In this document: positions 34,766-45,190 of the stretch, piece by piece | Layout: every line of letters begins with the position of its first letter | Numbering within the stretch: position 1 is the first letter of the stretch | The notes under the pieces: model-generated | What the model was told of the DNA's origin: nothing | Seen by the model: the letters and a program-made list of their open reading frames with translations, nothing else | The model's database searches: none | Virus record (IMG/VR): IMGVR_UViG_3300008738_000302 | Reading direction: 5' to 3' (one strand) | DNA length: 64,000 nt | DNA from: a virus | Translations under genes and position numbers: made by a program

Positions 34766-35841
34766 TGCCTTATACGCCAGAACAATTAGCAAATAATTCA
34801 TATTTTGAAAAAGTTTTAGAATCTAATCGAAAAGAGCAAGTAGATAGTTTTCTAAGAGAAAAGTTAAAAACGGATGCTTCAGGTTCTAATGCTGCAGCTT
34901 CGGAAACTATTAGAATGAAAACAGGAGAATTTGTATCTATTCCTGAATTAGAAGATGCAGGTTCTACTTCACAGCAAGTAACAATTTCAAATAGAACTAG
35001 ACACATTTCATCTGATGAAAAAGTTTTTGTAGATAAAGAAATAAAAGAATTATTAAATAATGAACCAGCAAAGGTACTTTCAGTAGAAGAATTTTTTACT
35101 GAATATGAAAGATTGAAAACAGTTATGTCTGCAGAAGGTAATAGAGATTCGCACAGATATCTTGTAGATACTTCTAAAACATTTATTAATACAGATGATG
35201 ATGAAGTAGCAAAATTAAAAGCAAGATTACAAGAAGAATTAGATAAGTTACAGGCAATACAAAAAAGATTAGAAGAAACTACTTTAGCAATTATTGCAGA
35301 ACAAGAGGCAGAAGCTGCAGAGGATGCGGCATATGAGTTATATTATTCAACAATGAGTTCACAATTTTTGAATACAGCTAGACCATATACAAGACAAGAA
35401 TGGGATGCACATGGAATGCCAGAGGCTGCAGAAAATAATGGATGGGGCAAATTAAGATTTATAAGAGATGCAGCAGGAAATTATAAAGGTAGTCAACATA
35501 CTAAAAATAGCATTTCTGTTACATATTATGGTCGTGGTCGAAAGAAAAATAAAAAAGTTCGTAAAGGAAATCAATATTTAGAGGCATCAGTTGAGGCTGT
35601 AGGAGATCCTAATTTAACTTACGATTGGGTAGATAATAAAACAGGAGTAAGTTTACAATATGATTCTGACGCAGATCATTTTTCGGGTATAGATACACCA
35701 ACTTTGTCTGTTACACAAGGAAGTAAATACAAAAATAGTTTTAGTTGTCCAACATTCAAATGTAAAATAAAAGATTCTTCAGGGGAAGTATTCTCTAAAT
35801 CGGTAGACATTTATAGAAGAACTATCTATGGTGGGAGTTAA
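34765..35841 (+). CDS. Structural-module hypothetical protein (coiled coil plus C-terminal Ig-like)
   Basis: Central coiled coil; LTYDW...TPTLSV...FKCKIKD. Confidence 0.5.
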   Translation: MPYTPEQLANNSYFEKVLESNRKEQVDSFLREKLKTDASGSNAAASETIRMKTGEFVSIPELEDAGSTSQQVTISNRTRHISSDEKVFVDKEIKELLNNEPAKVLSVEEFFTEYERLKTVMSAEGNRDSHRYLVDTSKTFINTDDDEVAKLKARLQEELDKLQAIQKRLEETTLAIIAEQEAEAAEDAAYELYYSTMSSQFLNTARPYTRQEWDAHGMPEAAENNGWGKLRFIRDAAGNYKGSQHTKNSISVTYYGRGRKKNKKVRKGNQYLEASVEAVGDPNLTYDWVDNKTGVSLQYDSDADHFSGIDTPTLSVTQGSKYKNSFSCPTFKCKIKDSSGEVFSKSVDIYRRTIYGGS

Positions 35842-35843
35842 TA

Positions 35844-36887
35844 ATGCCAATTCCAGGATTCGCAGGCGGAAAACAAGCTAGTGCTGAAATAAGACCTGTA
35901 GCAAATACTGCTACAAATACTAGTACTGCAAAAAGTAGAGCTGGTTATGTGCCACCAATTACTGTTGATTTTAAAAATGATTTTGGAGAAAAATCAGGAG
36001 ATTTTATAGAATATTATGTTTATGACATGGATGGTAATTTTATAGGATCTGAAATTAGAGAAGGTGGTGTTTCAGGAGATAAAGTAAATTTAAATCCTGG
36101 TGAAGATATAAGAGCATTAGGTTTAATAGCAGGAAAATATAGAATAGTATATAATTTTTTACGACAAAGAGGTGGTAAACCAAGAGTATTTTTCATTGAT
36201 AGTGATAATGACATTTGGAATGGTACAGTTAGAGAAGAAGATGGTAAGTGGTTTAAAGGTGCTGAGTTAGATTTAACTAATCCAACTACAAGAGAAGAAG
36301 TTTTTGTTTTTGATGACAATTATTTAATTCAAGATATATCACCATCAAGAACTGAAGTAAGAGTTATACCAAAGAGTTCTGAAATTGGTGAATATAAAAA
36401 TGGATTTGCGTCTCTTCAATTTAAAGAAATACAATATGATCCTGTACTTACTGACATTACAGGAGATATAAGTGTAGATAGTACTGATTCAACAAAACTT
36501 GTTGCTAATTTAGACGATTCTGATAGTGGTTTTAATGAGAATATGGTTGGTGGAGAATTAATAATTAAAAACGCATTTATAACGGGATATAATACTGATA
36601 TTATATATAAAAAACATCCAAATCCAAATTGGGAAGGTCCTCCACCTGAAAATAAAGTAGAAGATGCTAAAACTACAGCAAAAGAAGAAGCAATTCAAAG
36701 GCGAGAAAATGCTAAAACTGACCCATTACCTCCTGAATCAAAATATGGAGAAGATCCTATAACAGAGATAGATCCAAATGTATTATCTATGCAAGATACA
36801 GCTGATGCTAGAGGTGGTGGTTATGATCCTGTTACTAACTATGGAGACGGTGAAGGTTGGGAAGGTGATATGGGTGGAGATATATAG
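35844..36887 (+). CDS. Structural-module protein
   Basis: GKYRIVYNFLR, YLIQDISPSRTEVRV; acidic Pro/Gly-rich tail. Confidence 0.55.
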   Translation: MPIPGFAGGKQASAEIRPVANTATNTSTAKSRAGYVPPITVDFKNDFGEKSGDFIEYYVYDMDGNFIGSEIREGGVSGDKVNLNPGEDIRALGLIAGKYRIVYNFLRQRGGKPRVFFIDSDNDIWNGTVREEDGKWFKGAELDLTNPTTREEVFVFDDNYLIQDISPSRTEVRVIPKSSEIGEYKNGFASLQFKEIQYDPVLTDITGDISVDSTDSTKLVANLDDSDSGFNENMVGGELIIKNAFITGYNTDIIYKKHPNPNWEGPPPENKVEDAKTTAKEEAIQRRENAKTDPLPPESKYGEDPITEIDPNVLSMQDTADARGGGYDPVTNYGDGEGWEGDMGGDI

Positions 36888-36889
36888 TT

Positions 36890-39800
36890 ATGGCTAGACG
36901 ACGTTTACCTGGAATCTTTGGAAGAAGAATAACAAAAAGAAAAAAGAAGTCTTCTGATGTAGCAGCGCAACAAGCAGCTCAAGCTGCTAGTACGTCTACA
37001 CAAGGAACTAGACCAGAACCACGTCGTTTTAGAACAATAGGAGATGAATCAAGAACTATAGTAGATGTTGTTGAACAAGTAACAGAACAAAAACAAGTTA
37101 CAGTTGATTCTGAAGGATCAGCGGTAACTGAATTACCTGATAGTCTTGAATCAGCAAAAGGGAAACCAGTACCTAAAGAAATTAAAGTTGCAGATGAAGT
37201 TAAAGAAGTAAAATCTAGAAACGAACCACCTATTGTAGAAAATCCGCCGGCGCCTGAACCAGAATTTATTACTGAAGAAATTAAAATCGTTACACCTATA
37301 TATGCAGATTTTCACGCAGATATAGTAGAAGTTGTAAATAAAAATACAGTAAAAGTAAATCAAGATTGGAATAGTTTAGCACAATCGCTTGGAAGTCTTG
37401 ATGGAGATTATGAGGGTACTAATCCAAGAAGTAGATTAACTTTTAATGTTACGTATCCACATTTTGATTTAACAGAATTAAAAACTCATTTAATGTTTGA
37501 TGAAGATAATGAAGCATTAGTAACTAATTTACAACTTGATAAAGATACAATTAAAGAATATCCATATTCATATGTTTTAAAATTGATGGATCCTCTTGAT
37601 GAAGAAGTTCAAAAAACGGATGAAGTTATATTTGCAGATAAAATGTTGGAAACATATTCTGAAGATGTGGTTTTAGTTCCACCTGCAGAAGATGAAGAAT
37701 ATGTAGTTCTTAGATCGCCTGATGTAGATTCTTTAGAATCTCCTGTAAGAGATAGACAAACAAGTTATATTACAGAAGATAGTTTAAAAACCACTGATCC
37801 AAAAATTAAAAAAGATTTTGAAGATACTCTTATATCTGCAAGTTTAGCTAGTACAGATTTAAATGTTGATTTTTCTCAATATTCTAATTTCGTAAATTAT
37901 AGTTCAGCTGAACAAAGATTAAAGAATTTTAAATATAAAGTTTCTCAAATAGATTCATATACTGCTGAAAGTTCTTCTATGATAACTACTAGCGGTTCTT
38001 CTGCAGATAAAAGAAAATGGGATAGAAAGATAAGAGAAGTTAAACAAGGATTTACGCTTTATGAAAAATATTTGTGGAATACTTCTACTTCTTTCGTTTC
38101 GGGTTCAGTAATACAAGATACAGTTAGATATAATAGTGCGTGGCCAAAGTCGGGTGGTTCAGGAACTTATTCAAGTCCTTATATAAATTATCCTGTTACT
38201 GCTTCGCAAGCAGTTTCTTGGTATGATGGACAAATAGCAAGTGCTAGTGCATTTGATAAAGTTAATTTAAATAGTATAAAAAATCTTTTACCACAATTTG
38301 TAAAAGAAGATAGTTCTAATAATGACTTTTTTAAATTTGCAGGAATGGTTGGAGAGTTTTATGATAATATATGGTTATACATTACTCATATGACTAAGGT
38401 GCATGATAGAAATGAAGGGTTAGAAGATAGAAATGAAGGTTTTGCTGATGAGTTAGTTTTTGATGTAGCAAAATCTTTAGGATTAAATATAAAATCAAAC
38501 AAAGATTTGATTTCGTTAGAAAGATGGCATTTAGGTCAATATCTATCAGGTTCAACTTATGTTCAGTATTCATCTAAACCAGAAAAAGATATACAAGCAG
38601 AAATACAAAAAAGACTTATTAACAACTTACCTTTCTTCCTTAAAACGAAAGGTACAATAAGAGCATTAAAAGGTATTATAAATTGTTATGGTATACCATC
38701 TACGATATTAAGAGTTAGAGAGTTTGGAGGTCCTGATGTTAAAGGGAAACCAAATTTTTTAATAACAAAGAAATTTACAAAAGCATTAGATTTTAAAGGT
38801 GAACAATATATTATAACACCATGGCCAAAAGATACAGTAGATGGTAAAAGACCAGATACAGTAGAGTTTAGGTTTAGAGGTGTTAATAGTGGTAGTGGAT
38901 TAAATAATAGATATTTAATTGAAGCACAAGATTCGGGCTCTGATACATTTAAATGGGGTGTTGTATTAAGAGATAATGGTTCTACAGATTCAAGAGGACA
39001 CATAGATTTTGTATTATCAGGCTCTAATGGATTCCTATCAGCATCAGTTCAAAACTTTCCTGTATATGACGGTGATTACATTTCAGTAATGTTATCAAGA
39101 GTATCACAAAGTGGTGCTGAAATGACAGTTGACAATCCTGCTTTAAAAACAAGATATGATTTATATGCAAAACGATATGATGCAGGTAGAAGTAAAATAT
39201 TTTTAGAACAAACAGCTTCACTTAATATAACAGCTTCTTCTTATAATACTTCATTTCAAACTGGTTCAAATATAATGTATATTGGTGGATTAGCAAATGC
39301 CTCAGGACTTCAAGGTGGTTATAATAAATTTACAGGTTCTATGATGGAGTTTAGATATTGGACTGCACCATTAAGTGAATCAGCATTTGATAATCATGTA
39401 GCGGCACCAGGAGCATATAATGGTAATCATGCATCTGCTTCTTATACTGATTTAATTTTAAGATATTCTTTTAACGATAATCAAAATTTACAAAGTAATA
39501 CATCAATAGCCGATACTAGTGGTGATGTTCACTATGTACAGACAGGTAGTGCAGTAGGATTTACAGGAAACTTTTTTAATAGTGTAGTAGATGAACATAA
39601 AATGAAAGTTCCAAATCTTGGACCAAATAGAATGATGAGTACTAAAATTAGAATAGAAGATTCTAAATTAGTTGGTAATTTAAATCCTAAGAAAAAAATG
39701 GAACAATCTACTTTTGATTTAGCACCTGTAGACTCACCAAAGGTTGGAATATATTTTGCACCATCCGATGTTATTAATGAGGATATTATTCGTTCTGTAG

Positions 39801-40630
39801 CAGATTTAGATTTTGATCAATATATTGGTGATCCAAGAGATGAATATAAATACAAATATCGTGGTTTAAAAAAGATAGCAGATTCTTATTGGCAGAAGTA
39901 TAGTTCACCAAATAGCTTTTGGGATTATATGAGATTGATTAAATATTATGATAATTCTATATTTGAATTAGCAAGAAAATTTACACCTTTTAGGTCTAGT
40001 AAAACATATGGAATAGTTATAGAACCTAATATATTTGAAAGAAGTAAAGAAGTATTAGGAAAAGCACCTAGTTTTGATAATAAATCTTATAGAGGTGAAA
40101 TAGATTTAACAGAATATGCCGCAGAAACACTCTTTTCTGCTAGTGCTGAATATTTAACTTATAGAGGAATAATTGGTTATGATGATAATCATTCTGGGTC
40201 ATTTGAAGCAGATATTTTTAGAAGATCATCTTTATATAAATTGGAATCAATAGATAATCTTGGGGGTTATGGTGCAAATTATCATACAGCTTCAGTAACA
40301 AGAGGTGGTCCAAATTATATTTTTTCAGAAGGACTTTCACCGTTTATAAGTGGTTCTAGAATATCTGAACATAATTATGAACATAGATTCTTCTTTAGTA
40401 GTTCAATAAGTGAATCTAAAGGAAATTCTTATTCTTCTTCGCTTGCAGCGTCAGAATATGATGCTAAGTATAATCATTATTCAAATTTATTTAATTTGTT
40501 TTATGATGGGTGTAAACAAACAATTGAAACAACTCCTGATGGTTTTTCACCCATAGAAACAACCGATGTAAAACAAACAAGACTTGTGGTTCAGGAGCCT
40601 GGCAAGTCAAGATTAAAAACAGAGAGATAA
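36890..40630 (+). CDS. Large baseplate/tail protein with LamG-like domain
   Basis: Basic N-terminus; DFSQYSNFVNYSSAEQRLKNFKYK; NNLPFFLKTKGTIRAL; TVEFRFR...FTGSMMEFRYW (LamG/concanavalin-like). Confidence 0.6.
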   Translation: MARRRLPGIFGRRITKRKKKSSDVAAQQAAQAASTSTQGTRPEPRRFRTIGDESRTIVDVVEQVTEQKQVTVDSEGSAVTELPDSLESAKGKPVPKEIKVADEVKEVKSRNEPPIVENPPAPEPEFITEEIKIVTPIYADFHADIVEVVNKNTVKVNQDWNSLAQSLGSLDGDYEGTNPRSRLTFNVTYPHFDLTELKTHLMFDEDNEALVTNLQLDKDTIKEYPYSYVLKLMDPLDEEVQKTDEVIFADKMLETYSEDVVLVPPAEDEEYVVLRSPDVDSLESPVRDRQTSYITEDSLKTTDPKIKKDFEDTLISASLASTDLNVDFSQYSNFVNYSSAEQRLKNFKYKVSQIDSYTAESSSMITTSGSSADKRKWDRKIREVKQGFTLYEKYLWNTSTSFVSGSVIQDTVRYNSAWPKSGGSGTYSSPYINYPVTASQAVSWYDGQIASASAFDKVNLNSIKNLLPQFVKEDSSNNDFFKFAGMVGEFYDNIWLYITHMTKVHDRNEGLEDRNEGFADELVFDVAKSLGLNIKSNKDLISLERWHLGQYLSGSTYVQYSSKPEKDIQAEIQKRLINNLPFFLKTKGTIRALKGIINCYGIPSTILRVREFGGPDVKGKPNFLITKKFTKALDFKGEQYIITPWPKDTVDGKRPDTVEFRFRGVNSGSGLNNRYLIEAQDSGSDTFKWGVVLRDNGSTDSRGHIDFVLSGSNGFLSASVQNFPVYDGDYISVMLSRVSQSGAEMTVDNPALKTRYDLYAKRYDAGRSKIFLEQTASLNITASSYNTSFQTGSNIMYIGGLANASGLQGGYNKFTGSMMEFRYWTAPLSESAFDNHVAAPGAYNGNHASASYTDLILRYSFNDNQNLQSNTSIADTSGDVHYVQTGSAVGFTGNFFNSVVDEHKMKVPNLGPNRMMSTKIRIEDSKLVGNLNPKKKMEQSTFDLAPVDSPKVGIYFAPSDVINEDIIRSVADLDFDQYIGDPRDEYKYKYRGLKKIADSYWQKYSSPNSFWDYMRLIKYYDNSIFELARKFTPFRSSKTYGIVIEPNIFERSKEVLGKAPSFDNKSYRGEIDLTEYAAETLFSASAEYLTYRGIIGYDDNHSGSFEADIFRRSSLYKLESIDNLGGYGANYHTASVTRGGPNYIFSEGLSPFISGSRISEHNYEHRFFFSSSISESKGNSYSSSLAASEYDAKYNHYSNLFNLFYDGCKQTIETTPDGFSPIETTDVKQTRLVVQEPGKSRLKTER

Positions 40631-40701
40631 ATATGAAAAGTATATATTTATTAGAGAAGTATACTTATCTTATTTTATCCAATCCTATAGGAGATTAAAA
40701 A

Positions 40702-41340
40702 ATGGGTTATCTTGATAACACAACAACAACCGTAGACGCTATATTAACAAAAAAAGGTCGTGAGTTATTAGCTCGTGGTGGTGATGAATTCAAAATATCC
40801 AAATTTGCTTTAGGTGATGATGAAGTTGACTATTCCCTTTGGGATGTAACTCATCCAAATGGTACTAATTCTTATGGTTCTGCCATAGAAAATTTACCAT
40901 TATTGGAAGCATTTCCTGATGAAAATCAGATTATGAGATACAAATTGGTTAGTTTACCAAAAGGTACAACCAAAATGCCTATTCTTGAATTGGCAATTCC
41001 TTCTACAGGATACACCTTTTCAAGTGCAGGACAAAAAACTTCACTTTCACCTGATACAAAAAATGGATCAGATGGACAATTAGGATATACAGTTATCCTT
41101 CACAATTCAGATGCAGCAGATTTAACTGTAGCACAGGGTGGTGAAGTAGTAGTTGGTGGTGCAACTACGCCAGTTTTTCTTAGTGATGCTGAAAGAAAGA
41201 AAAGTTTATCAGTTATTGGTAAAACATTTTCTATCGTAGCAAGAAGCACTACTACTAAGATTGTAACACAAGTTACAATTATTGGAAATGAAACTGGTGC
41301 AGTAGTTACCGTTCCTATAACAGTTAAGGCTAACGCTTAG
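40702..41340 (+). CDS. Virion structural protein
   Basis: MGYLDNTTTTVDAILTKKGRELLA...KFALGDDEVDY; GGAG RBS; late motif upstream. Confidence 0.55.
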   Translation: MGYLDNTTTTVDAILTKKGRELLARGGDEFKISKFALGDDEVDYSLWDVTHPNGTNSYGSAIENLPLLEAFPDENQIMRYKLVSLPKGTTKMPILELAIPSTGYTFSSAGQKTSLSPDTKNGSDGQLGYTVILHNSDAADLTVAQGGEVVVGGATTPVFLSDAERKKSLSVIGKTFSIVARSTTTKIVTQVTIIGNETGAVVTVPITVKANA

Positions 41341-41350
41341 GAGATAAATC

Positions 41351-42364
41351 ATGGCTGAAATTTTTACAAGATTTAATCCCGCTGATGATATGGTGTCTAA
41401 TTTAAGACAAACAGTTTCTTCAGGTATGTGGAGTGGTGGTGTTGGCACATTAACTACAATGTATACTTCTTCAATTCAAAGTTCAAGTAATGGACAATAT
41501 TACTATGACGTGTATAAAACAAATCCAGCTTCAGACTCAGAAGCAGAAATTCAACTTTCTGTTGCATATGGGCATGTAAATGGTAGTGGTTCATTAGGTC
41601 AGACAGGAAACTATCCAAGTAAAGCAATTTACAGGCAATATAGAAATTTACTATTAACGCCTGGAGATTCTAAATTTACATTTGGTGGTTCTGTAGATGC
41701 TGATGATGTATACGTTATTAGTGTTGCTAGAGCAAGACTTCGTGAAAAAATGGATCCAGGTAATTGGGAATTACATTTAACAGGAAGCAGCAACAAAAAA
41801 GTTAAACTAATTGATGATAGTGGTGCTACTACAAATCCTTCTGTTAATGCAGGTGGAAGAGTATTTAATGTAGTTAGTGGTTCTATAGCAACGGGAACAG
41901 CAGTAACTAAAACTGCGGCATCAGCTCAACCAGGTGGTGGATATGGATTATTTTATCCTGATTTAGGAATTATCGTATTAAATGCTCCTGTAACTGCAAC
42001 ATCAGCTTCTTTTTCAAGAACAGTAGGTGCGGCAGGAACAGATTCAAATAATGCAGGTGCTTTCTTTAATTCAGTATCTAATGGTGTGTATTTTGTTTCT
42101 CGACGTGAGGAACAATTGAATACAACTCACTATTTTGCAAGAGTAACAAATAAGAAATTTAACTTTAGTAATAATCCAACGTTCTTTACTGCTTCTGATG
42201 GTGCATTAGTGCAACCTTCATTTAAGTCAGACCCTAAAACATATATTACTACAGTTGGTTTGTATAACGATTCTAATGAACTTTTAGCAGTTGCTAAACT
42301 TAGTAAACCAATATTGAAAAGTTTTAGTAGAGAAGCTATAATTAAAGTTAAATTAGATTACTAA
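41351..42364 (+). CDS. Virion structural protein (tail/baseplate)
   Basis: S/T/G-rich; C-terminal YITTVGLYND.NELLAVAKLSKPI.K. Confidence 0.55.
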   Translation: MAEIFTRFNPADDMVSNLRQTVSSGMWSGGVGTLTTMYTSSIQSSSNGQYYYDVYKTNPASDSEAEIQLSVAYGHVNGSGSLGQTGNYPSKAIYRQYRNLLLTPGDSKFTFGGSVDADDVYVISVARARLREKMDPGNWELHLTGSSNKKVKLIDDSGATTNPSVNAGGRVFNVVSGSIATGTAVTKTAASAQPGGGYGLFYPDLGIIVLNAPVTATSASFSRTVGAAGTDSNNAGAFFNSVSNGVYFVSRREEQLNTTHYFARVTNKKFNFSNNPTFFTASDGALVQPSFKSDPKTYITTVGLYNDSNELLAVAKLSKPILKSFSREAIIKVKLDY

Positions 42365-42382
42365 TACAGGAAGGAGACTAGG

Positions 42383-43357
42383 GTGTTTAAAAACATAGAC
42401 CCTTCCGACGTATCTATAAAACCATACAAATCCCATAAATCGTATACGATTTCTGATGCGGATAGTGGTAGTGGTGCTTTTGGTATTGCAGGTATATCAT
42501 CAAGTGGATATGCTTTTGCAGTAGATACTGCGGCTAAAACAGACTTTACAAATTCTGTCTATCCTTATAGTCAGTCGTTTTTTCATATGCCAATTTTTAG
42601 GCAGGTGAAACATATGTACTATAGAGATTGGCCTGCACCATACAATTCTTATTGTTTTGATTCATCTTCTATTAGAGAACTTCATGGATCTTGTACTGTA
42701 CTTACAATTCCTCGTCAATTTTTTGGAGAAAGGGTAAATCCATATTCTATTAAATTAGTAGACGATTCAGCTAATTCAACTTTTACAATTAAAGATGATG
42801 GTAAGGGTAATTTATATGACCAAGCTTTTTCATCAAGTTTTGCAGCAAGAACACCAAATGCAAATAATTCAGGATCACAAGTTGGAAATATTTTTTATGA
42901 ACATGGCGTAATGGTTATTACAGATACGGGTAGTTATTCTAATGTTGGAACAGGAAATGGTGGTGATGGATTTCAATTAACTTTTGAAGGTACACATACT
43001 CATTATGAATATGAAATTGGTGTAACTGCAAATGAAGGTGAATTTAATTCCACAACAAACATTTCTATAACTCAAGATAGAAGTGGTTCTATGCAAGTTG
43101 TTCAGGGAGTTGGTAATATACATTCTATATTTGCGCCAGGTGATAACCCAACAAATGGAACAGGTAGTTTAAAATTATTTTATAATCCTACTGAAAATGT
43201 AATAGGGCCAGCAACACATTCTGAGTTTCGACCATATATAACTACTATAGGACTTTATAGTGATAATAATGAACTCTTAGCTGCAGGTAAATTAGCCCAA
43301 CCTATAAAGAATGATGATGAATTATCTTTGAAGTTTGTAGTCAGATTTGATGTGTAA
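42383..43357 (+). CDS. Virion structural protein, paralog of upstream gene
   Basis: Shares the C-terminal YITTIGLY.DNNELLAAGKLAQPIK motif; GTG start after AAGGAG. Confidence 0.55.
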   Translation: MFKNIDPSDVSIKPYKSHKSYTISDADSGSGAFGIAGISSSGYAFAVDTAAKTDFTNSVYPYSQSFFHMPIFRQVKHMYYRDWPAPYNSYCFDSSSIRELHGSCTVLTIPRQFFGERVNPYSIKLVDDSANSTFTIKDDGKGNLYDQAFSSSFAARTPNANNSGSQVGNIFYEHGVMVITDTGSYSNVGTGNGGDGFQLTFEGTHTHYEYEIGVTANEGEFNSTTNISITQDRSGSMQVVQGVGNIHSIFAPGDNPTNGTGSLKLFYNPTENVIGPATHSEFRPYITTIGLYSDNNELLAAGKLAQPIKNDDELSLKFVVRFDV

Positions 43358-43402
43358 CGATATTTATAATTGTATAAAACTATATTATTTTGGAGAATAA
43401 AA

Positions 43403-44686
43403 ATGCGAAACCTTTTGATTACGATGTTATTATTAATGTCTACTCTATTTGGTCAAATAGAAGGGGCGTTTTCCAACTTTTTTAAATACTCAACTGTTTA
43501 TGCAGGATTTAATATGCATTCGCCAATGCACCAGGATGATAGATATAAACTGTCAATGATTGACCCTGAAACAGGATTAGAAAATTGGTTAAATGGTGAA
43601 TTAACTGTACATAAAGAAAAAAGAGAATTAAAACCTGATTATGATATAGCATTTGGTATAAGAAAAATTGCACGATTTCATTATGAAGGAAAACGTGGTG
43701 TAAAAAATGCTGGTGTGGGTGGAGATTGGTATAAAGGTATGCAAGACGCAAGTCCAAATGAAGCCGCAACAGTTGGTAGAGTAAAAGGATTTGAATACTT
43801 AGTAAAGTATATGGAACACCGTCGTTGGGATATGAAACACGCAAGTAAAGAATATCAATTGAGATATCTTGGTGATTGGTTTATTTTTAAATTAAGATAT
43901 GCTGATTTGGGTTTAGAAGAAATAAAATATGGTCAAAGTGATTTAAGATTACGAAAAGAATTTGTAACTGATAATGGTAGTTTTAATATTTCAGTTGGCG
44001 TTGGAGCAAGAACACATCCAGCATACGGATTCGCACCAACTGTTATTGATAGTTCATGGTATACTTCTGCATGGTGGGATTTTGCAGAAGATGAATTTGG
44101 TGTAGATGATAAAAGATACTCAGGTGATATAGACGGAGATGGAATTGGAGATGGTGGAATATCAATTTATGATAATGCAACGGGTGAATATATAGGATAT
44201 GTAGGAGACGATTGGAGATGGTTTGACGCTGATGGTAATTTAATGGCAATGAGTGATAGAGAATTTTATCAATATCATTTTCCAGGATTATTAGAAAATT
44301 GGTTTAATAAACAATTAAGAGCATTAGGAAATCAACGAGAAGTATCTATATCAGTTGGTTTAGATTGGTATCAATATACAGAAAATTTTTGGATTCACGC
44401 ATGGGGAAGTTTATATCCTTATCATTATGGGTTAGACAAGTATTCTTATCATAACGCAGTTGCGTGGAAAGAACATGAAGAAGATGGAAAAGAACCTGAA
44501 GAATTTATGTTTATGGATCCGATGTGGAATGATTGGTATGATTACGATTTAGGTGCAGTAATTGGATTTAAATTACAAGAAAATTTAGGATTTTATGTAG
44601 AAGGAAAGTATCTAAATTATTGGGATAGACCAGCTTATGACATTAAAGTTGGATTAAATTATCAATTTGTAGGATTTGGTTTGTAG
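43403..44686 (+). CDS. Exported, probably outer-membrane beta-stranded protein
   Basis: Signal peptide MRNLLITMLLLMSTLFGQ; aromatic alternating strands; DIDGDGIGD Ca-binding-like loop; C-terminal GLNYQF. Confidence 0.55.
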   Translation: MRNLLITMLLLMSTLFGQIEGAFSNFFKYSTVYAGFNMHSPMHQDDRYKLSMIDPETGLENWLNGELTVHKEKRELKPDYDIAFGIRKIARFHYEGKRGVKNAGVGGDWYKGMQDASPNEAATVGRVKGFEYLVKYMEHRRWDMKHASKEYQLRYLGDWFIFKLRYADLGLEEIKYGQSDLRLRKEFVTDNGSFNISVGVGARTHPAYGFAPTVIDSSWYTSAWWDFAEDEFGVDDKRYSGDIDGDGIGDGGISIYDNATGEYIGYVGDDWRWFDADGNLMAMSDREFYQYHFPGLLENWFNKQLRALGNQREVSISVGLDWYQYTENFWIHAWGSLYPYHYGLDKYSYHNAVAWKEHEEDGKEPEEFMFMDPMWNDWYDYDLGAVIGFKLQENLGFYVEGKYLNYWDRPAYDIKVGLNYQFVGFGL

Positions 44687-44687
44687 A

Positions 44688-45095
44688 ATGAAATATTTAT
44701 TGTTAAGCTTAGTATTACTGTTTGGATTATCTGATGTAACATACAGTCAAAGTAGAACAGATAAATTTAAAGCAATGATGAAAAAAATTGAAGAGGCGGC
44801 AAAAAAAGCAGAACAGAGAAAAGGAAGATCCGCACCAAAACCACAAAGTGCAAGAGGTACTCATACACCATCAGTAAGTGGTATTAAACACATGAAAGAT
44901 ACTTCGAAGGCTGATTTTGTAAATGGTAAAAATAAGCAACTTGTTATACCATACGCAGTTGGACTTAGTGTAAAATTTGGTGTGGGTAATTATATTAAAG
45001 AAAAGAACGGTTACAGATATGTAGTTTCAAGAAACACAGGCATATCTGCAGATGGTGAAACATATGACCGTTGGAAAAAAAGAATGAAATGGTAA
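44688..45095 (+). CDS. Exported basic protein
   Basis: Signal peptide MKYLLLSLVLLFGLSDVTYSQ. Confidence 0.55.
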   Translation: MKYLLLSLVLLFGLSDVTYSQSRTDKFKAMMKKIEEAAKKAEQRKGRSAPKPQSARGTHTPSVSGIKHMKDTSKADFVNGKNKQLVIPYAVGLSVKFGVGNYIKEKNGYRYVVSRNTGISADGETYDRWKKRMKW

Positions 45096-45107
45096 TTGGA
45101 GAAAACA

Positions 45108-45176
45108 ATGTTAAACGCATGTGAAAATCCGAATTGTGAATGTGTAGATTGCAATTGTGAAAATTGCGATTGTTAA
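45108..45176 (+). CDS. Metallothionein-like micro-peptide (22 aa, 7 Cys), not in ORF track
   Basis: GGAG RBS at 45098-45101; MLNACENPNCECVDCNCENCDC*; fills the intergenic gap exactly. Confidence 0.6.
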   Translation: MLNACENPNCECVDCNCENCDC

Positions 45177-45190
45177 TTAGGAGAGGAAAA

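Noticed and set aside
28645-43357. Contractile injection system or tailocin instead of a phage
   Set aside because: The same contig carries primase, resolvase, SbcCD and a phage-type sigma.
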